Below, piece by piece: positions 47,199 to 57,235 of a stretch of DNA of 64,000 nucleotides. The DNA is from Bdellovibrionota bacterium (GTDB taxonomy: Bacteria; Bdellovibrionota; UBA1018; CAUJDS01). Position 1 is the first letter of the stretch. The number at the start of each line of letters is the position of its first letter. Made by a program: the position numbers and the translations under genes. The notes below the pieces were generated by a model. The model was given only the letters and a program-made list of their open reading frames with translations. It was not told where the DNA came from and ran no database searches. Where the stretch lies: NCBI GenBank assembly GCA_963169695.1, contig CAUJDS010000011.1, positions 121,499 through 185,498 on the forward strand, read 5' to 3'.

Positions 47199-47869
47199 AA
47201 CTTAGAATGGAAGATAAGGTCGGTGTGCGGATCCTTCACATCGAAGGCGCGGTAGATGCACATCAATTCAGTGTTATCCGCGCTGGAATGGTCAAGATTC
47301 TCAAGAACGGTAAAAATAAGATCCTTGTGAACTTTGAGTCCTCCGCTAACGTGGATCAAGATGCCATTCGCCAAGTCAGCGAGCTCAATGCTGCTGCCCG
47401 AGAGCTTTCTGGCGAAATTGTCTTGGTGATGAGTGACCCGAAGATGCGCGGCTTAGTAGAGAATTTTTCTAAACCCCCACTGGTCATGTGTTTCAGTGCA
47501 GTACAAGAGGGGCTCGATCATTTCAACAAGTCGAAGGCTAAGGCTGCCCCGGAGCCCGAAGATGCTGCGACGAAGAATGATGAAGAACTGCTCAAACAGA
47601 ACCAGACCCTGAAATCCGAAGTCGAGCAGCTCCGAAAGCAGCTGACCGAAACCTCCAAGGGTGAGGCCAAAAACGCTAAGGACGAAAGCACGCGTTCCAA
47701 AGGCCTTTTAGAAAAGCTTGAAATTGACATAGAGAAGCTCCAGTCAGGAAGGCGTGTCGCTCCAGACGCAGAGACCTATGAAGCCAAGATAGGTCAATTG
47801 GAAGGCCGGATTCACCAGCTCGTGGAAGAACTCAAGACCCACCAAAATGACAAGCCTAAGTCCCCGTAA
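47195..47869 (+). CDS. STAS-like (anti-sigma-factor-antagonist-like) domain protein with a coiled-coil C-terminus
   Basis: ATGA overlap with the CBS gene. The N-terminal region 'VGVRILHIEGAVDAHQFSVIRAGMVKILKNGKNKILVNFESSANVDQDAI' is STAS-like. The C-terminal half is heptad-rich. Confidence 0.45.
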   Translation: MKLRMEDKVGVRILHIEGAVDAHQFSVIRAGMVKILKNGKNKILVNFESSANVDQDAIRQVSELNAAARELSGEIVLVMSDPKMRGLVENFSKPPLVMCFSAVQEGLDHFNKSKAKAAPEPEDAATKNDEELLKQNQTLKSEVEQLRKQLTETSKGEAKNAKDESTRSKGLLEKLEIDIEKLQSGRRVAPDAETYEAKIGQLEGRIHQLVEELKTHQNDKPKSP

Positions 47870-47934
47870 TAGAAGGCAGACCTTAAAATACTTTACTAAA
47901 TCAATACGGTACTTTAAACTCTAGCTTAGGGTTT

Positions 47935-48978
47935 TTGTTTTATTTTTGGGGGACGTCTGTGAAGCGACTACGCTGTCGGAAAAATTCCGAAATTCTGCGC
48001 TCGAACTCGGGCTACGCCATGCTGCAAGCCGCGCTAATCCTTTCTAGCGTTGCCTACCTCATCCATTGGGCAGGCGAGTCCGTAATCAACTCCATGAAGC
48101 AGTCTGCCAACGCCGGCCTCAACGTTGCCCTAACTCGCGACGAAGTCACCATGAACAATATGGCAAGCTACGCCCCTATTTGTTCGCGGTCCTTTGACTT
48201 TGGTGAAGATTTTCCAAAACTCGCTCTTTCGGAGGAGTCAAGGCAAAGCATCAACGTCAGAATTCTGAATCCGTATTCTACCACCGCGGCTACCGGTAAT
48301 GAAATTTTGGCTGAGACTGGATTAGTCAAACCAGAGGGATATCGCTACACACAAGTCATCATGAAACCCGCTCAAGAGGGCGGAAGTTTCATACCTTTTG
48401 CTCCATTCAATACTCAGTGGGAAACCAGCGCCGGAAAACTCACCTACAACAATGGAAAATTCAGCCTCCCAACTGGAGATCTCGCCGAAGGTCGCCAGAT
48501 CAACATCATCGACTCGGCCACCGGAGAAATTTCTGATACGGTGGTTCTCAATTCCAGCATCCTCTATCGCACTGGCAGTTCCGGAAATGGAATTCCTGAC
48601 TATGCCCTTCCTCCTTTTGCCGTACCAAGCAATGTTGCTTCGACCTTTGCCATCCCCATCCAACTCATCATCGAAACCCAGGCTATTAAAAAAGCAATGG
48701 GTGTATCCGCCAATCGAAAAAGAAATTGGCTGCTTACCCTCCAGGTTCAAGCAGACCCCGATGGAGTCGTAAAAGTCTTAGGCTGCTTTGATCCTGCCGC
48801 CAATGTAGCGGCCAAAACGTGCCTTCGCGTAGGTGGAAAGCCCACCAATACCGGATGTAGTTTTACGGATTATTACAACAACCTAGCTGAATCGATTTGT
48901 CGATCCAACGGAGGATTCTATGGGCCAGATAAGCCGGGCGACTCTTCCAAGCCATCAGCGTGTAGAAGGAGAACCTAG
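47935..48978 (+). CDS. Type IV pilin/pseudopilin-like protein (minor pilin candidate)
   Basis: A basic leader is followed by 'NSG|YAMLQAALILSSVAYLI', a prepilin-peptidase-like cleavage context with a hydrophobic N-terminal helix. A GTG at ~47959 may be the true start. Confidence 0.45.
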   Translation: MFYFWGTSVKRLRCRKNSEILRSNSGYAMLQAALILSSVAYLIHWAGESVINSMKQSANAGLNVALTRDEVTMNNMASYAPICSRSFDFGEDFPKLALSEESRQSINVRILNPYSTTAATGNEILAETGLVKPEGYRYTQVIMKPAQEGGSFIPFAPFNTQWETSAGKLTYNNGKFSLPTGDLAEGRQINIIDSATGEISDTVVLNSSILYRTGSSGNGIPDYALPPFAVPSNVASTFAIPIQLIIETQAIKKAMGVSANRKRNWLLTLQVQADPDGVVKVLGCFDPAANVAAKTCLRVGGKPTNTGCSFTDYYNNLAESICRSNGGFYGPDKPGDSSKPSACRRRT

Positions 48979-50502
48979 ATGAATCCCCTTATCAGTCAGC
49001 GCGGATTCGCGGCCATTGAAGCTTTGATCGCTGCTGCGGTTTTACTCACTGCGGCTGCTGCAGTAGGAACTTTTTCACAATGGTTCGGAAATACCAATAA
49101 ACGAATTTCTGACGCCAATGATATCAGTAATTTTGCATCCGATCTGACTCGAATTGCTGGATTTCCAGCGACTTGCTCCAGCGCCCTCCCACCCAATCTC
49201 TCCTATAATTTAGAGTCCGGAGAAGTCTCTGGCATCGTGATTTTGGATCCCAGTCATCCTGACATCAACCACCCGCGGTACGACGTAGGAAAAAAGGTAG
49301 GAAAGCATCTTCAAATTTCTGAAATCACACTCAAAGTGATCACTCCTCCTCCTGTCACAACGAATTTCAGTATTGGCGCTGATGGAAGCGCGACCTTTAT
49401 AACTTCTCCTACCCCTTCTTGGGTTATTGCAGGCCATACACTTGCCAATGGTCAGTCTTACACCTCAACATCTACCGGCATTCGATACATTAATATTGAC
49501 CAAGCTTTATACAAGCAGGAACTCGGTGTTGGAGGTGGTGGCGGAGGTGGAGTTGGTACGCCCGATGCTATGAGAAATCCGCACTTAGAAGACCCCCTTT
49601 ATTTTACCTGGCAACCTAGGGTTATTGCTGTTGTGGCTGCTACGGAAGGTGGCTCGCCACCCCCTGAGGGAGAAGGTGGCGGCACCGTCTATACGGTTAA
49701 CGACCAGGTGACAAGCCAGGAAGCCCTTACTGCCAATCCCGTTGCCAATGTGGCAATGACATTAGTGGCAACTGCGCCAAACTCCAAATTTACCGTACAG
49801 GCCAAATTAGACGCTTCCGTTATTGATACGCGCACTCAACAATTGACCCGAAAAGTGAGTCAAACCATCTATGTCGACATTGAAGCTACGGGCAGTACTG
49901 CCATACTAAAAGGCTGCTCCCAATGGTCAGGCCAAATTGCCAGTACAGTCTGCACCACTGTAGGTGGCATCAAAACGGCATGGGGGGCTTGCGATCGTTC
50001 TTCGTTCTATCGAGAAAAAATCTATCAGCCACTTTGTGCCGCATACAATGGCACCTTTCAGCCACCCAATGGCAGCGGTGTTGGAGAATGCCAGTTTGGC
50101 AATACGAGTTTCCGCGGAATTGCGATGGCCTCTTGCACAAAGAATGAAGACTGTGAATCGGGCGTATGCGACCCCAAGACTCTGCAGTGTACAGGTACAT
50201 TGACTTGTAAAGACTCTGGCGCAAGCTGCGACCCTGCGGCACCAAACAACGACGGCTGTTGCTCCAATCAGTGCCGAGAAAAGGAACAAGGATCTGGTAC
50301 GTTTCAATGCGGAAAACGAGATGCTGGAATATACGGCGCAGCTTGCAGCGACAACTTTGACTGCACTTCCAATAATTGTACTGAACAAAATTACTGCGGG
50401 CTACCGCTTTGCGTTGCTGTACAGGGTACCTGCAATAAAAGTTCGGATTGTTGTGCCGGCAATACCTGCCAAAATGGAGCTTGCAGGCGGCCTGAAATTT
50501 AA
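48979..50502 (+). CDS. Prepilin-type N-terminal cleavage/methylation domain protein with a Gly tract and Cys-rich C-terminal domain (putative pilus-tip or minor pilin adhesin)
   Basis: 'MNPLISQRG|FAAIEALIAAAVLL' is the canonical G|F...E5 prepilin signature. A 'VGGGGGGGVG' tract lies mid-protein. The last ~150 aa hold about 24 Cys in repeated modules: 'CTKNEDCESGVCD', 'CSDNFDCTSNNC' and 'CNKSSDCCAGNTCQNGAC'. Confidence 0.7.
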   Translation: MNPLISQRGFAAIEALIAAAVLLTAAAAVGTFSQWFGNTNKRISDANDISNFASDLTRIAGFPATCSSALPPNLSYNLESGEVSGIVILDPSHPDINHPRYDVGKKVGKHLQISEITLKVITPPPVTTNFSIGADGSATFITSPTPSWVIAGHTLANGQSYTSTSTGIRYINIDQALYKQELGVGGGGGGGVGTPDAMRNPHLEDPLYFTWQPRVIAVVAATEGGSPPPEGEGGGTVYTVNDQVTSQEALTANPVANVAMTLVATAPNSKFTVQAKLDASVIDTRTQQLTRKVSQTIYVDIEATGSTAILKGCSQWSGQIASTVCTTVGGIKTAWGACDRSSFYREKIYQPLCAAYNGTFQPPNGSGVGECQFGNTSFRGIAMASCTKNEDCESGVCDPKTLQCTGTLTCKDSGASCDPAAPNNDGCCSNQCREKEQGSGTFQCGKRDAGIYGAACSDNFDCTSNNCTEQNYCGLPLCVAVQGTCNKSSDCCAGNTCQNGACRRPEI

Positions 50503-50514
50503 TGGAATCACCTC

Positions 50515-51750
50515 ATGAACCCTAAAAGGATTTCATTCAACTCCGGTCAAACACTCCTACAAACCGTCGTCGCAATGGGCGTCATGAGTTTCGTCGCAGC
50601 TCTCATGATGGACTATACGTTTCGAGAATCTGCCAACGTCCAATCACAAATGGAACGTACTGCGGCAGTCGATGGAGCCGGTCAACTCGTCGATCTAATT
50701 CTTGAAAATACCAATGCCTGCACCTACGCACTTCAGGGGCAATTCATAACCTCCCCGCGAATTCATCTCTTTACCCAAAACACCAAGACTCAAGACCCAA
50801 GTGCTCGCCTACCACTGTATTGGCAGGGACAGAAACTTTCTCCCAATTGGAGAATCACGGGCCTTTCTTTTACTCAGGGAGTCCCAGACGGCATTATGTT
50901 AGACACCACACCCGTCAATGCCTACGGAAGGTATCAACGGAATAAAGCCGAAATATCCGATCACTGGCCATTCAAACTCACGCTAGAGACTTACGTTGCA
51001 GATGGTAGCTATCTAACGCTCAACCCAACAACCCTGAACTGGGAGCATCGGGACAATGGAGATACCTTGCTTGCTACTTTTATCAATACATCGCAAAATA
51101 TCGTGCTCTATGATGGAGCTCCGGGAGCCAAGACTACGATCTATCGACCCGGACCAAGCGGCTCGGGGCTTATGGTTCATCAGATCGGAATCTACTATCT
51201 CCCAAAAAATACCTCTGCCAATAGTGGAGTTGTCAAACTTGAAGACGCGCTTGTGCCCCAACCCATTCAGAACACCGCTACGACGCTGAACCTTCAAGTC
51301 ACCCGTACGGGCATTGGCACCGGAATACCACAGGTCAATCATGCTACCCCTGTCAATCTCACAGTCGTAGCGGGAGCCCAGATTCTCTGGTGCAATGCCT
51401 TGACTCAGGGAAATAAGACCGTGAATCAAATCGCCTGTGAGCAAGTAAGTGGTGCTTACTCTGCAGTCAACGACTCCTGCGACACTACGTGGAATAAAGA
51501 CTTTATGGCACTCTATGCTTGCGGTACTTTGCCCACTAGCGTCCGCAATGTGGTCGTGGATGGGAAGCAGACCAACACCTGTTTCGAAATGTTTTCTCCT
51601 TGCTATCGAGATTGGTGGATCGACAAATGGAACCGCTATGGCGCCGACATCCTCACCTCCAATTCCATTCCGCTAGAAATCCTAGGAGAGTTTATGGCCT
51701 ATGTATCCATCTTTGGACTCAATGTCTGTCCACTAGCTGCCGGCGGCTAA
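50515..51750 (+). CDS. Type IV pilin/pseudopilin-like protein (PilW/PilX-like minor pilin candidate)
   Basis: 'MNPKRISFNSG|QTLLQTVVAMGVMSFVAAL' is a prepilin-like leader followed by a hydrophobic helix. Confidence 0.5.
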   Translation: MNPKRISFNSGQTLLQTVVAMGVMSFVAALMMDYTFRESANVQSQMERTAAVDGAGQLVDLILENTNACTYALQGQFITSPRIHLFTQNTKTQDPSARLPLYWQGQKLSPNWRITGLSFTQGVPDGIMLDTTPVNAYGRYQRNKAEISDHWPFKLTLETYVADGSYLTLNPTTLNWEHRDNGDTLLATFINTSQNIVLYDGAPGAKTTIYRPGPSGSGLMVHQIGIYYLPKNTSANSGVVKLEDALVPQPIQNTATTLNLQVTRTGIGTGIPQVNHATPVNLTVVAGAQILWCNALTQGNKTVNQIACEQVSGAYSAVNDSCDTTWNKDFMALYACGTLPTSVRNVVVDGKQTNTCFEMFSPCYRDWWIDKWNRYGADILTSNSIPLEILGEFMAYVSIFGLNVCPLAAGG

Positions 51751-51751
51751 T

Positions 51752-52840
51752 CTAGAACTTTGCTATTAAATCGAGTTGAATAGACTGGGACGGAATCCGA
51801 GCACTTCCCAACTCATACCGATAGTGAAGAAAACTTCCCTTAAAGTCGACTTTGTCAAATAAGCGATAAATACCAGAAAGCTGATAGCCCTTAAGTCCCG
51901 TGCGCATATTGAAAAGATCGGAACTACCAAATGCTCCAATAGCAGAATCCGGCGCCTGAGAGAGGTAGGCAATTTTTGCGATCCAATCACCTTTTTCGTG
52001 AAGTTCTCCGCACTGAATTCCAAAGTAAATGCCCTGATCACCACCCTTTGCTTGGTTAATGATCCAGTCCGAAAACACACTCCACGTTCTGTTGATCAGC
52101 TCGAAGTGTGCATCCACTCCAAGATTCCATACTCGATAATCGTAGAGGTACCGACTATTGCCATCCGTCGAATTGCCATAGCTCTGAGTCGTACTCGCTA
52201 GAAGCGAATAGCCTTGTATCTGCATAAAGTGAAAATAGTTGGCACCGATCGATATCCAAGGGCCCTGGACTCCCACGGAGGCATTGAGGTAAGCAGAATC
52301 TGCGGCAAACTCTCGCTCCGAAATCCAATAGCCACCGAACGAAGAGAAGATTCGCCAATTCAGTGATTCCGAGGCGAGGTATCCGAGCGAGATTCCTTCG
52401 GGTGTTGTATCTGAATCAAAAACCAACTGAGAATCATGGGCGCGAAAAAAAGGCATAGGCTGTTTTCCAGCTCGAACCTTCCAACGTGCTTCACCCTCTT
52501 CATGAAATTCAAGGTAAGCCAAATCAAGGTAGATGGACTTCTTGCTAGCGGAATCACCGAGCGTCACAAAGGAAGACCCACTCAACCCTCCGGCCGAAGT
52601 CGTAAGTCCAAATCCAAGTCTCCACTGAGAAGAAAGCTCTGGAAGCAATGAACCTCGCAGTTTTATCTGATGGAGGCTGCGATTTCTTTGGCCTTCCTCA
52701 TTCTGATATTGCTGACGATAGGTAAACTCACCCGAGGCATGAAGCTTCTCTGCCCACGAAAAATCCTCAGCACTCCATACTTGACTTGCTCCTACCAATG
52801 CAATTGCGCCTGCAATCAAACTCCAACGTCGGATCATCAT
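51752..52840 (-). CDS. Outer-membrane porin, probably Pho-regulon (OprO/OprP-like) phosphate porin
   Basis: A start at the internal 'MMIRRW' gives the signal peptide 'LIAGAIALVGASQVWSA'. The beta-barrel pattern ends in 'LIAKF' with a C-terminal Phe. It lies directly downstream of phoR on the same strand. Confidence 0.5.
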   Translation of the reverse strand: MMIRRWSLIAGAIALVGASQVWSAEDFSWAEKLHASGEFTYRQQYQNEEGQRNRSLHQIKLRGSLLPELSSQWRLGFGLTTSAGGLSGSSFVTLGDSASKKSIYLDLAYLEFHEEGEARWKVRAGKQPMPFFRAHDSQLVFDSDTTPEGISLGYLASESLNWRIFSSFGGYWISEREFAADSAYLNASVGVQGPWISIGANYFHFMQIQGYSLLASTTQSYGNSTDGNSRYLYDYRVWNLGVDAHFELINRTWSVFSDWIINQAKGGDQGIYFGIQCGELHEKGDWIAKIAYLSQAPDSAIGAFGSSDLFNMRTGLKGYQLSGIYRLFDKVDFKGSFLHYRYELGSARIPSQSIQLDLIAKF

Positions 52841-52853
52841 ACATTTAGGTTTC

Positions 52854-54650
52854 TCATGCACTTGGGCGCGAGTGAAGCTGGATTTCAAAAGTACTTCCTT
52901 TTCCCAAGGTGCTTTCGACCAAAATCTGGCCCTGATGAGCCGCGGCAATATGCTTTACAATGGCAAGCCCCAATCCAGTGCCACCCATGGTTCGGCTACG
53001 GGCCTTGTCGACTCGATAGAATCGCTCAAAGAGTCTCGGCAGATGCTCGGGCGCAATGCCAGCCCCTTCATCCCGAACATAGACGCGAACCCACTCACCA
53101 TCATGCTTGGCCGAAATCCAAATCGACTTTCCAGAATCCGAATATTTCAAAGCATTATCCACCAAATTGATGATCGCTTGCTCCAATAGAGGCGGATTCA
53201 TCCAAGCAGTCAAACCTTCCATTTCTTCGATATGAATGGCAATCTGCTTTTGTCTTGCCTTGCTCTGACAAATTTCCACCGCGGAAGAAAGAACGGGCCT
53301 AAGCTTCTCAACCCTGAGTTCAATCTCCAGGTGATCGACATCACGCTCAAGCCGACTGAGCGCCAAGAGATCTTCGATGATAGCGCCCAGTCGATTGGTA
53401 TGTCGACTCATGATTTCTAAGAATTTTCTCGCTGTCGCAGGATCATCCAAGGCACCTTCCATAAGGGTTTCAACAAAACCTTTGATAGACGTCAATGGCG
53501 TACGCAATTCATGCGAGACATTAGCGACAAAATCTCTTCGATGATTCTCCAGCTGTCTGAGCCGCGTAATATCATTAAAAACAAAAACAGCTCCCGATCG
53601 TTCTCCCTGGCCCCCAATCAACGGGGCGCCATGAATTTGAATGGACCTTAGGTGGGTACCAAGTATTTCGACTTCGGATTCAATCGGAAAAAGCCCTTCC
53701 CCGACGCGTTGAAAAAAATCGATCAGGACTTCATTCTTTAATAGTTCTCGCGCCTCTTTGCCAGTCGCAGAATCGAGGTCCACTTCAAGAATTTCGGCTG
53801 CTGCTTGATTGATATGAAGGATCAAGCCCTTTTGATCAATAGCCATCAACCCTTCCACCATACTAGAAAGAATGGCATGAATCTCATTTCGCTGAGAAGT
53901 GACCGTTTGGATGCGCTGATTGAGCTGGGTCGATATGCTTTGAATGGCCTCACCCAATAAGACCACCTCTTCGGGAGCACCTTCCATAAGCTCCATCTCA
54001 CTTCCGAAGTCGCCATGAGATATTTTCCTAGCTTGGCTTCGAATGATTTCAAGCGGCTGCGTGATCTTCAACGAAACTCGCCAGGTCACGGCAGCAATGA
54101 CCACGACAACAAATGCTGTACCTAAGAAAAATAAAAGAAAGAGCGACCGTAATGCACTCGATATAGAAACCAAGGGCACGGACACACGGACAACCGCTAC
54201 CGGCGATCCTTTAGGAGCCTGAGTAACCCTTAAGGCTAGGTACATGGAGTCTTCATGAACCGTTCCACTAAATCTTACCGAGCGACCCACCCCACCACTT
54301 TTGAGAGCTTCCTGAATTTCTATACGCGCGAGGTGATTATCCATCCGAGAGGGATCTTCGCGAGAATCGGCCAAGACACTTCCGTCCACAGCTAGTGCAG
54401 TAATGCGTGTCTCCGAGGCATGCCCCAATTCCTTCACCAGCGATTGAAGCTGCTGGGTACTCTCCCGATCCACCGAGGTCAATCGCGCTACTACTAGGCT
54501 CGCCCTAGCTTCTAGGTCTCTGGCCGTTTGGGTGATGTAGAAGGATCGAAAGCTAAGGTAGGCAATTGAAAAAAGCGCGGCTACTGCGGTTACAGAAATA
54601 ACAAGATAACGAAAATAGAGTTTCCAAAAAAGGCGCCGCCCACCGATCAT
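52854..54650 (-). CDS. phoR: Phosphate-regulon sensor histidine kinase
   Basis: Two N-terminal TM segments, a PAS-like region and the H-box 'HELRTPLTSIKGF'. The HATPase_c motifs are 'VDNALKYS', 'DEGAGI' and 'GGTGLGLAIVK'. Confidence 0.8.
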   Translation of the reverse strand: MIGGRRLFWKLYFRYLVISVTAVAALFSIAYLSFRSFYITQTARDLEARASLVVARLTSVDRESTQQLQSLVKELGHASETRITALAVDGSVLADSREDPSRMDNHLARIEIQEALKSGGVGRSVRFSGTVHEDSMYLALRVTQAPKGSPVAVVRVSVPLVSISSALRSLFLLFFLGTAFVVVVIAAVTWRVSLKITQPLEIIRSQARKISHGDFGSEMELMEGAPEEVVLLGEAIQSISTQLNQRIQTVTSQRNEIHAILSSMVEGLMAIDQKGLILHINQAAAEILEVDLDSATGKEARELLKNEVLIDFFQRVGEGLFPIESEVEILGTHLRSIQIHGAPLIGGQGERSGAVFVFNDITRLRQLENHRRDFVANVSHELRTPLTSIKGFVETLMEGALDDPATARKFLEIMSRHTNRLGAIIEDLLALSRLERDVDHLEIELRVEKLRPVLSSAVEICQSKARQKQIAIHIEEMEGLTAWMNPPLLEQAIINLVDNALKYSDSGKSIWISAKHDGEWVRVYVRDEGAGIAPEHLPRLFERFYRVDKARSRTMGGTGLGLAIVKHIAAAHQGQILVESTLGKGSTFEIQLHSRPSA

Positions 54651-54656
54651 CGAATT

Positions 54657-55349
54657 TCACGATTCTCGAATACGATAGCCAACACCCCGCACCGTTTCCA
54701 AATAATCTCCCGCTGTGCCCAACTTCCGGCGCAGTCCTACGACATGAACGTCAACTGATCGATCCGTGACGGGATAATCCTCGCCCTTGATAGCATCCAC
54801 AATCTGAGACCTCGTAAATACCCAACCTGGACGGCTGACAAGAAACTGCAGAAGAGAAAACTCTGTATGGGTCAATTCGATCTTTTCATGATGGACTCGC
54901 ACTTCGTGCTTACCGATGTGGATCACAATTTCGTGGTAACGAAGTTCATCACCGGGTGTTCCATCCACTCGATTTCTACTGCGCCGAAGCACAGCCTGAA
55001 CTCTTGCCATAGCGATTTTGGGACTAAAGGGCTTGGTGATATAGTCTTCGGCTCCTGCTTCAAGTCCTCTTACGATATCCTCTTCTTCCCCTCGAGCGGT
55101 TACCATAATGATAGGGATTCCTGCCGTCGAAGGCTCTGACTTGAGGTTGGCGCAAACTTCAATGCCATCAAGCCCTGGAAGCATAATATCCAGAAGCACT
55201 AAATCTGGCTTCTGCCTTCGCACTTGAGAAAGACCGGCCTCGCCTGAAGCCGCCCACATTGGAGTATAGCCATTTTTTTTGAGGTTATAGCTGAGCAACT
55301 CAGCAATATCCTCTTCGTCCTCAATTACTAAAACCTTTTTGTTTTCCAC
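54657..55349 (-). CDS. phoB: OmpR-family response regulator PhoB
   Basis: Receiver domain 'KVLVIEDEEDIAELL...LVLLDIMLPGLDG'. Winged-helix C-terminus 'LETVRGVGYRI'. Confidence 0.85.
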   Translation of the reverse strand: MENKKVLVIEDEEDIAELLSYNLKKNGYTPMWAASGEAGLSQVRRQKPDLVLLDIMLPGLDGIEVCANLKSEPSTAGIPIIMVTARGEEEDIVRGLEAGAEDYITKPFSPKIAMARVQAVLRRSRNRVDGTPGDELRYHEIVIHIGKHEVRVHHEKIELTHTEFSLLQFLVSRPGWVFTRSQIVDAIKGEDYPVTDRSVDVHVVGLRRKLGTAGDYLETVRGVGYRIRES

Positions 55350-55427
55350 TCGCCCACCTTAAACGATCTCGATTAGAAATGGGTTAGATTTCAGAGGAAT
55401 CTTGAAGAGCAACCTCAAACCAACGAA

Positions 55428-56135
55428 TTAGGTTAAGGCCTCAAGCAGGAGGTAAAGCACAACCGTCAGAGCAAATCCTGAGTGGATGACGCCTTTTACG
55501 GAAGTCATAGGACCTAGTTTGCCCTTAACTCCATTGAGTTCCAGAAGAGCGATCATGCCACCGATCACACCAAAAACGAGCCACCCACTATATTCCATTC
55601 CGACATTCAACGGAAGGTGCGAAGCCGCCCCCATAAAGAACAACATGGGTATTGAGAAAAGCGTATTGGTTCGAGATGCAAGCGCAGCCCTTGCTCCGCA
55701 TGCTGCAACATCTTGAGCAACGTTTTCACCATTCGCTTTAGCAATCACGATTTTTTGATTGGGCCAAATAATGAGCCAAACATTCAGAAACATCAAGGTG
55801 CCCATTCCTGCACCGGTCAAAATGGTTAAACCCCATGCACTGGAATAGACTTCCCAACCAGCAACATGACCTTTTTGCATCAAAATAAAGGCGCCTGTTA
55901 AAAACGTAAATAGCGCTGCCCATCGAAACCACCAAAGAGCTCGAGGAACCAGCTTCTGAACTGCGGCAGATTTATGGGACGCGTCGGTTTCTTTGAACCA
56001 CTCTCCTTGCACAAAATTAAAATAATAAAGGAGTCCAATCCAAGTCACTCCAGACATGTAGTGAAACCATCGAAAGAGAAATTCTATGCCGGCCATTCCA
56101 GAAAAAATGCTGAGTTCCATAAAACGATTCTCCAA
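55428..56135 (-). CDS. Polytopic membrane protein resembling the membrane domain of urate hydroxylase PuuD-type proteins
   Basis: 'HYMSGVTWIGLLYYFNFVQ' resembles the conserved first helix of the PuuD/DUF989-type membrane domain. No cytochrome c domain is present. Confidence 0.35.
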   Translation of the reverse strand: MENRFMELSIFSGMAGIEFLFRWFHYMSGVTWIGLLYYFNFVQGEWFKETDASHKSAAVQKLVPRALWWFRWAALFTFLTGAFILMQKGHVAGWEVYSSAWGLTILTGAGMGTLMFLNVWLIIWPNQKIVIAKANGENVAQDVAACGARAALASRTNTLFSIPMLFFMGAASHLPLNVGMEYSGWLVFGVIGGMIALLELNGVKGKLGPMTSVKGVIHSGFALTVVLYLLLEALT

Positions 56136-56177
56136 TGACCAAAGAACTAGCTCATTATGATGCTCATTGCAACCCAG

Positions 56178-56558
56178 CTAACGATCAGGGTCATGACGGG
56201 TGGAGGATTTTTCTACGCCACGTTCGTAGCGCTTTTCTAGGACCCGTGCTCCCGACTCGTCGAATTCAACCCAATCACCTTGCTTTTTGCCCATGTAAAA
56301 TTGACCTTCGAGTCGAATTTTTTTATTCGTATCTAAGTAACGATATTCCCCATGGTTCACGATCTGACCCGATGCGTCTTTCACTTGAAAACAAGTTTGA
56401 TCCCCATCAAACCTTATTCGCCAACGCGTGTCACCACCTTCAGCACAGGGACGAGTGATCGCACAACCCGACAAAAGTTGGCAGACTCCTAAGACACTAC
56501 TGATTCTGCAAATCCACTTCATTTGAGCTACTCTATCTCTAATCTCGGGGGTACGCAA
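56178..56558 (-). CDS. Lipoprotein with MORN/YwqK-like repeats
   Basis: Lipobox 'LLSGC'. 'GEYRYLDTNKKIRLEGQFYMGKKQGDWVEFDESG' is MORN-like. Confidence 0.45.
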   Translation of the reverse strand: MRTPEIRDRVAQMKWICRISSVLGVCQLLSGCAITRPCAEGGDTRWRIRFDGDQTCFQVKDASGQIVNHGEYRYLDTNKKIRLEGQFYMGKKQGDWVEFDESGARVLEKRYERGVEKSSTRHDPDR

Positions 56559-56603
56559 AATGCTGCAAATCGACAGGAAGCGGAAACAACGTCCGCTGGG
56601 TCT

Positions 56604-57227
56604 ATGAAGTTTTGGGATCTTTCCCCGATGATCAGCGAGCGTATAGCGGTTTTTCCGGGAGATCAGGTCTTCACTCGAAAATGGTCGATGAGCACGTTAG
56701 CGGAGGGTCACCTCACTTTATCTAGCATTCACACGACGCTTCATCTTGGCGCGCATGCTGACGCTCTCAATCATACTGAGGTTTCGCACGAGGGAATTGA
56801 TCAACGGAGTCTCTTTCCCTATTTTGGTCCATGCCAAGTTTTGGAGGTCGACCTTATTCCCGGAACGCGAATCTATCCTGACCATCTAGGAAACAAAGTC
56901 CTCGAAGCTCCAAGGATTCTGTTCAAAACCCATTCTTATCCCAATCCAGAGCAGTGGAATGAAAACTTCAACTCACTCTCTCCCGAGCTGATTGACTTCT
57001 TAGCCCATCAAAAAATCTGCCTTGTTGGCATCGACACACCATCCGTAGATCCGTGGGATAGCAAAGCGCTAGAAAGCCATCACGCGCTGAACCGTCATCG
57101 CATTGCCAATCTCGAAGGTCTCGTCCTCACAGACGTCAAAGAAGGACTTTACACGGTTTCGGCCTTTCCGCTAAGGATAGAGGGCGCTGATGCATCTCCC
57201 GTTCGTGCGGTGCTCATGCGCGAATAG
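56604..57227 (+). CDS. kynB: Kynurenine formamidase (cyclase family)
   Basis: 'WDLSPMISERIAVFPGD' and the metal-binding 'TTLHLGAHADALNH' (HxGTHxDAPxH type). The start is taken at the internal Met to avoid overlap with the convergent lipoprotein gene. Confidence 0.75.
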   Translation: MKFWDLSPMISERIAVFPGDQVFTRKWSMSTLAEGHLTLSSIHTTLHLGAHADALNHTEVSHEGIDQRSLFPYFGPCQVLEVDLIPGTRIYPDHLGNKVLEAPRILFKTHSYPNPEQWNENFNSLSPELIDFLAHQKICLVGIDTPSVDPWDSKALESHHALNRHRIANLEGLVLTDVKEGLYTVSAFPLRIEGADASPVRAVLMRE

Positions 57228-57235
57228 GAGTTTCC

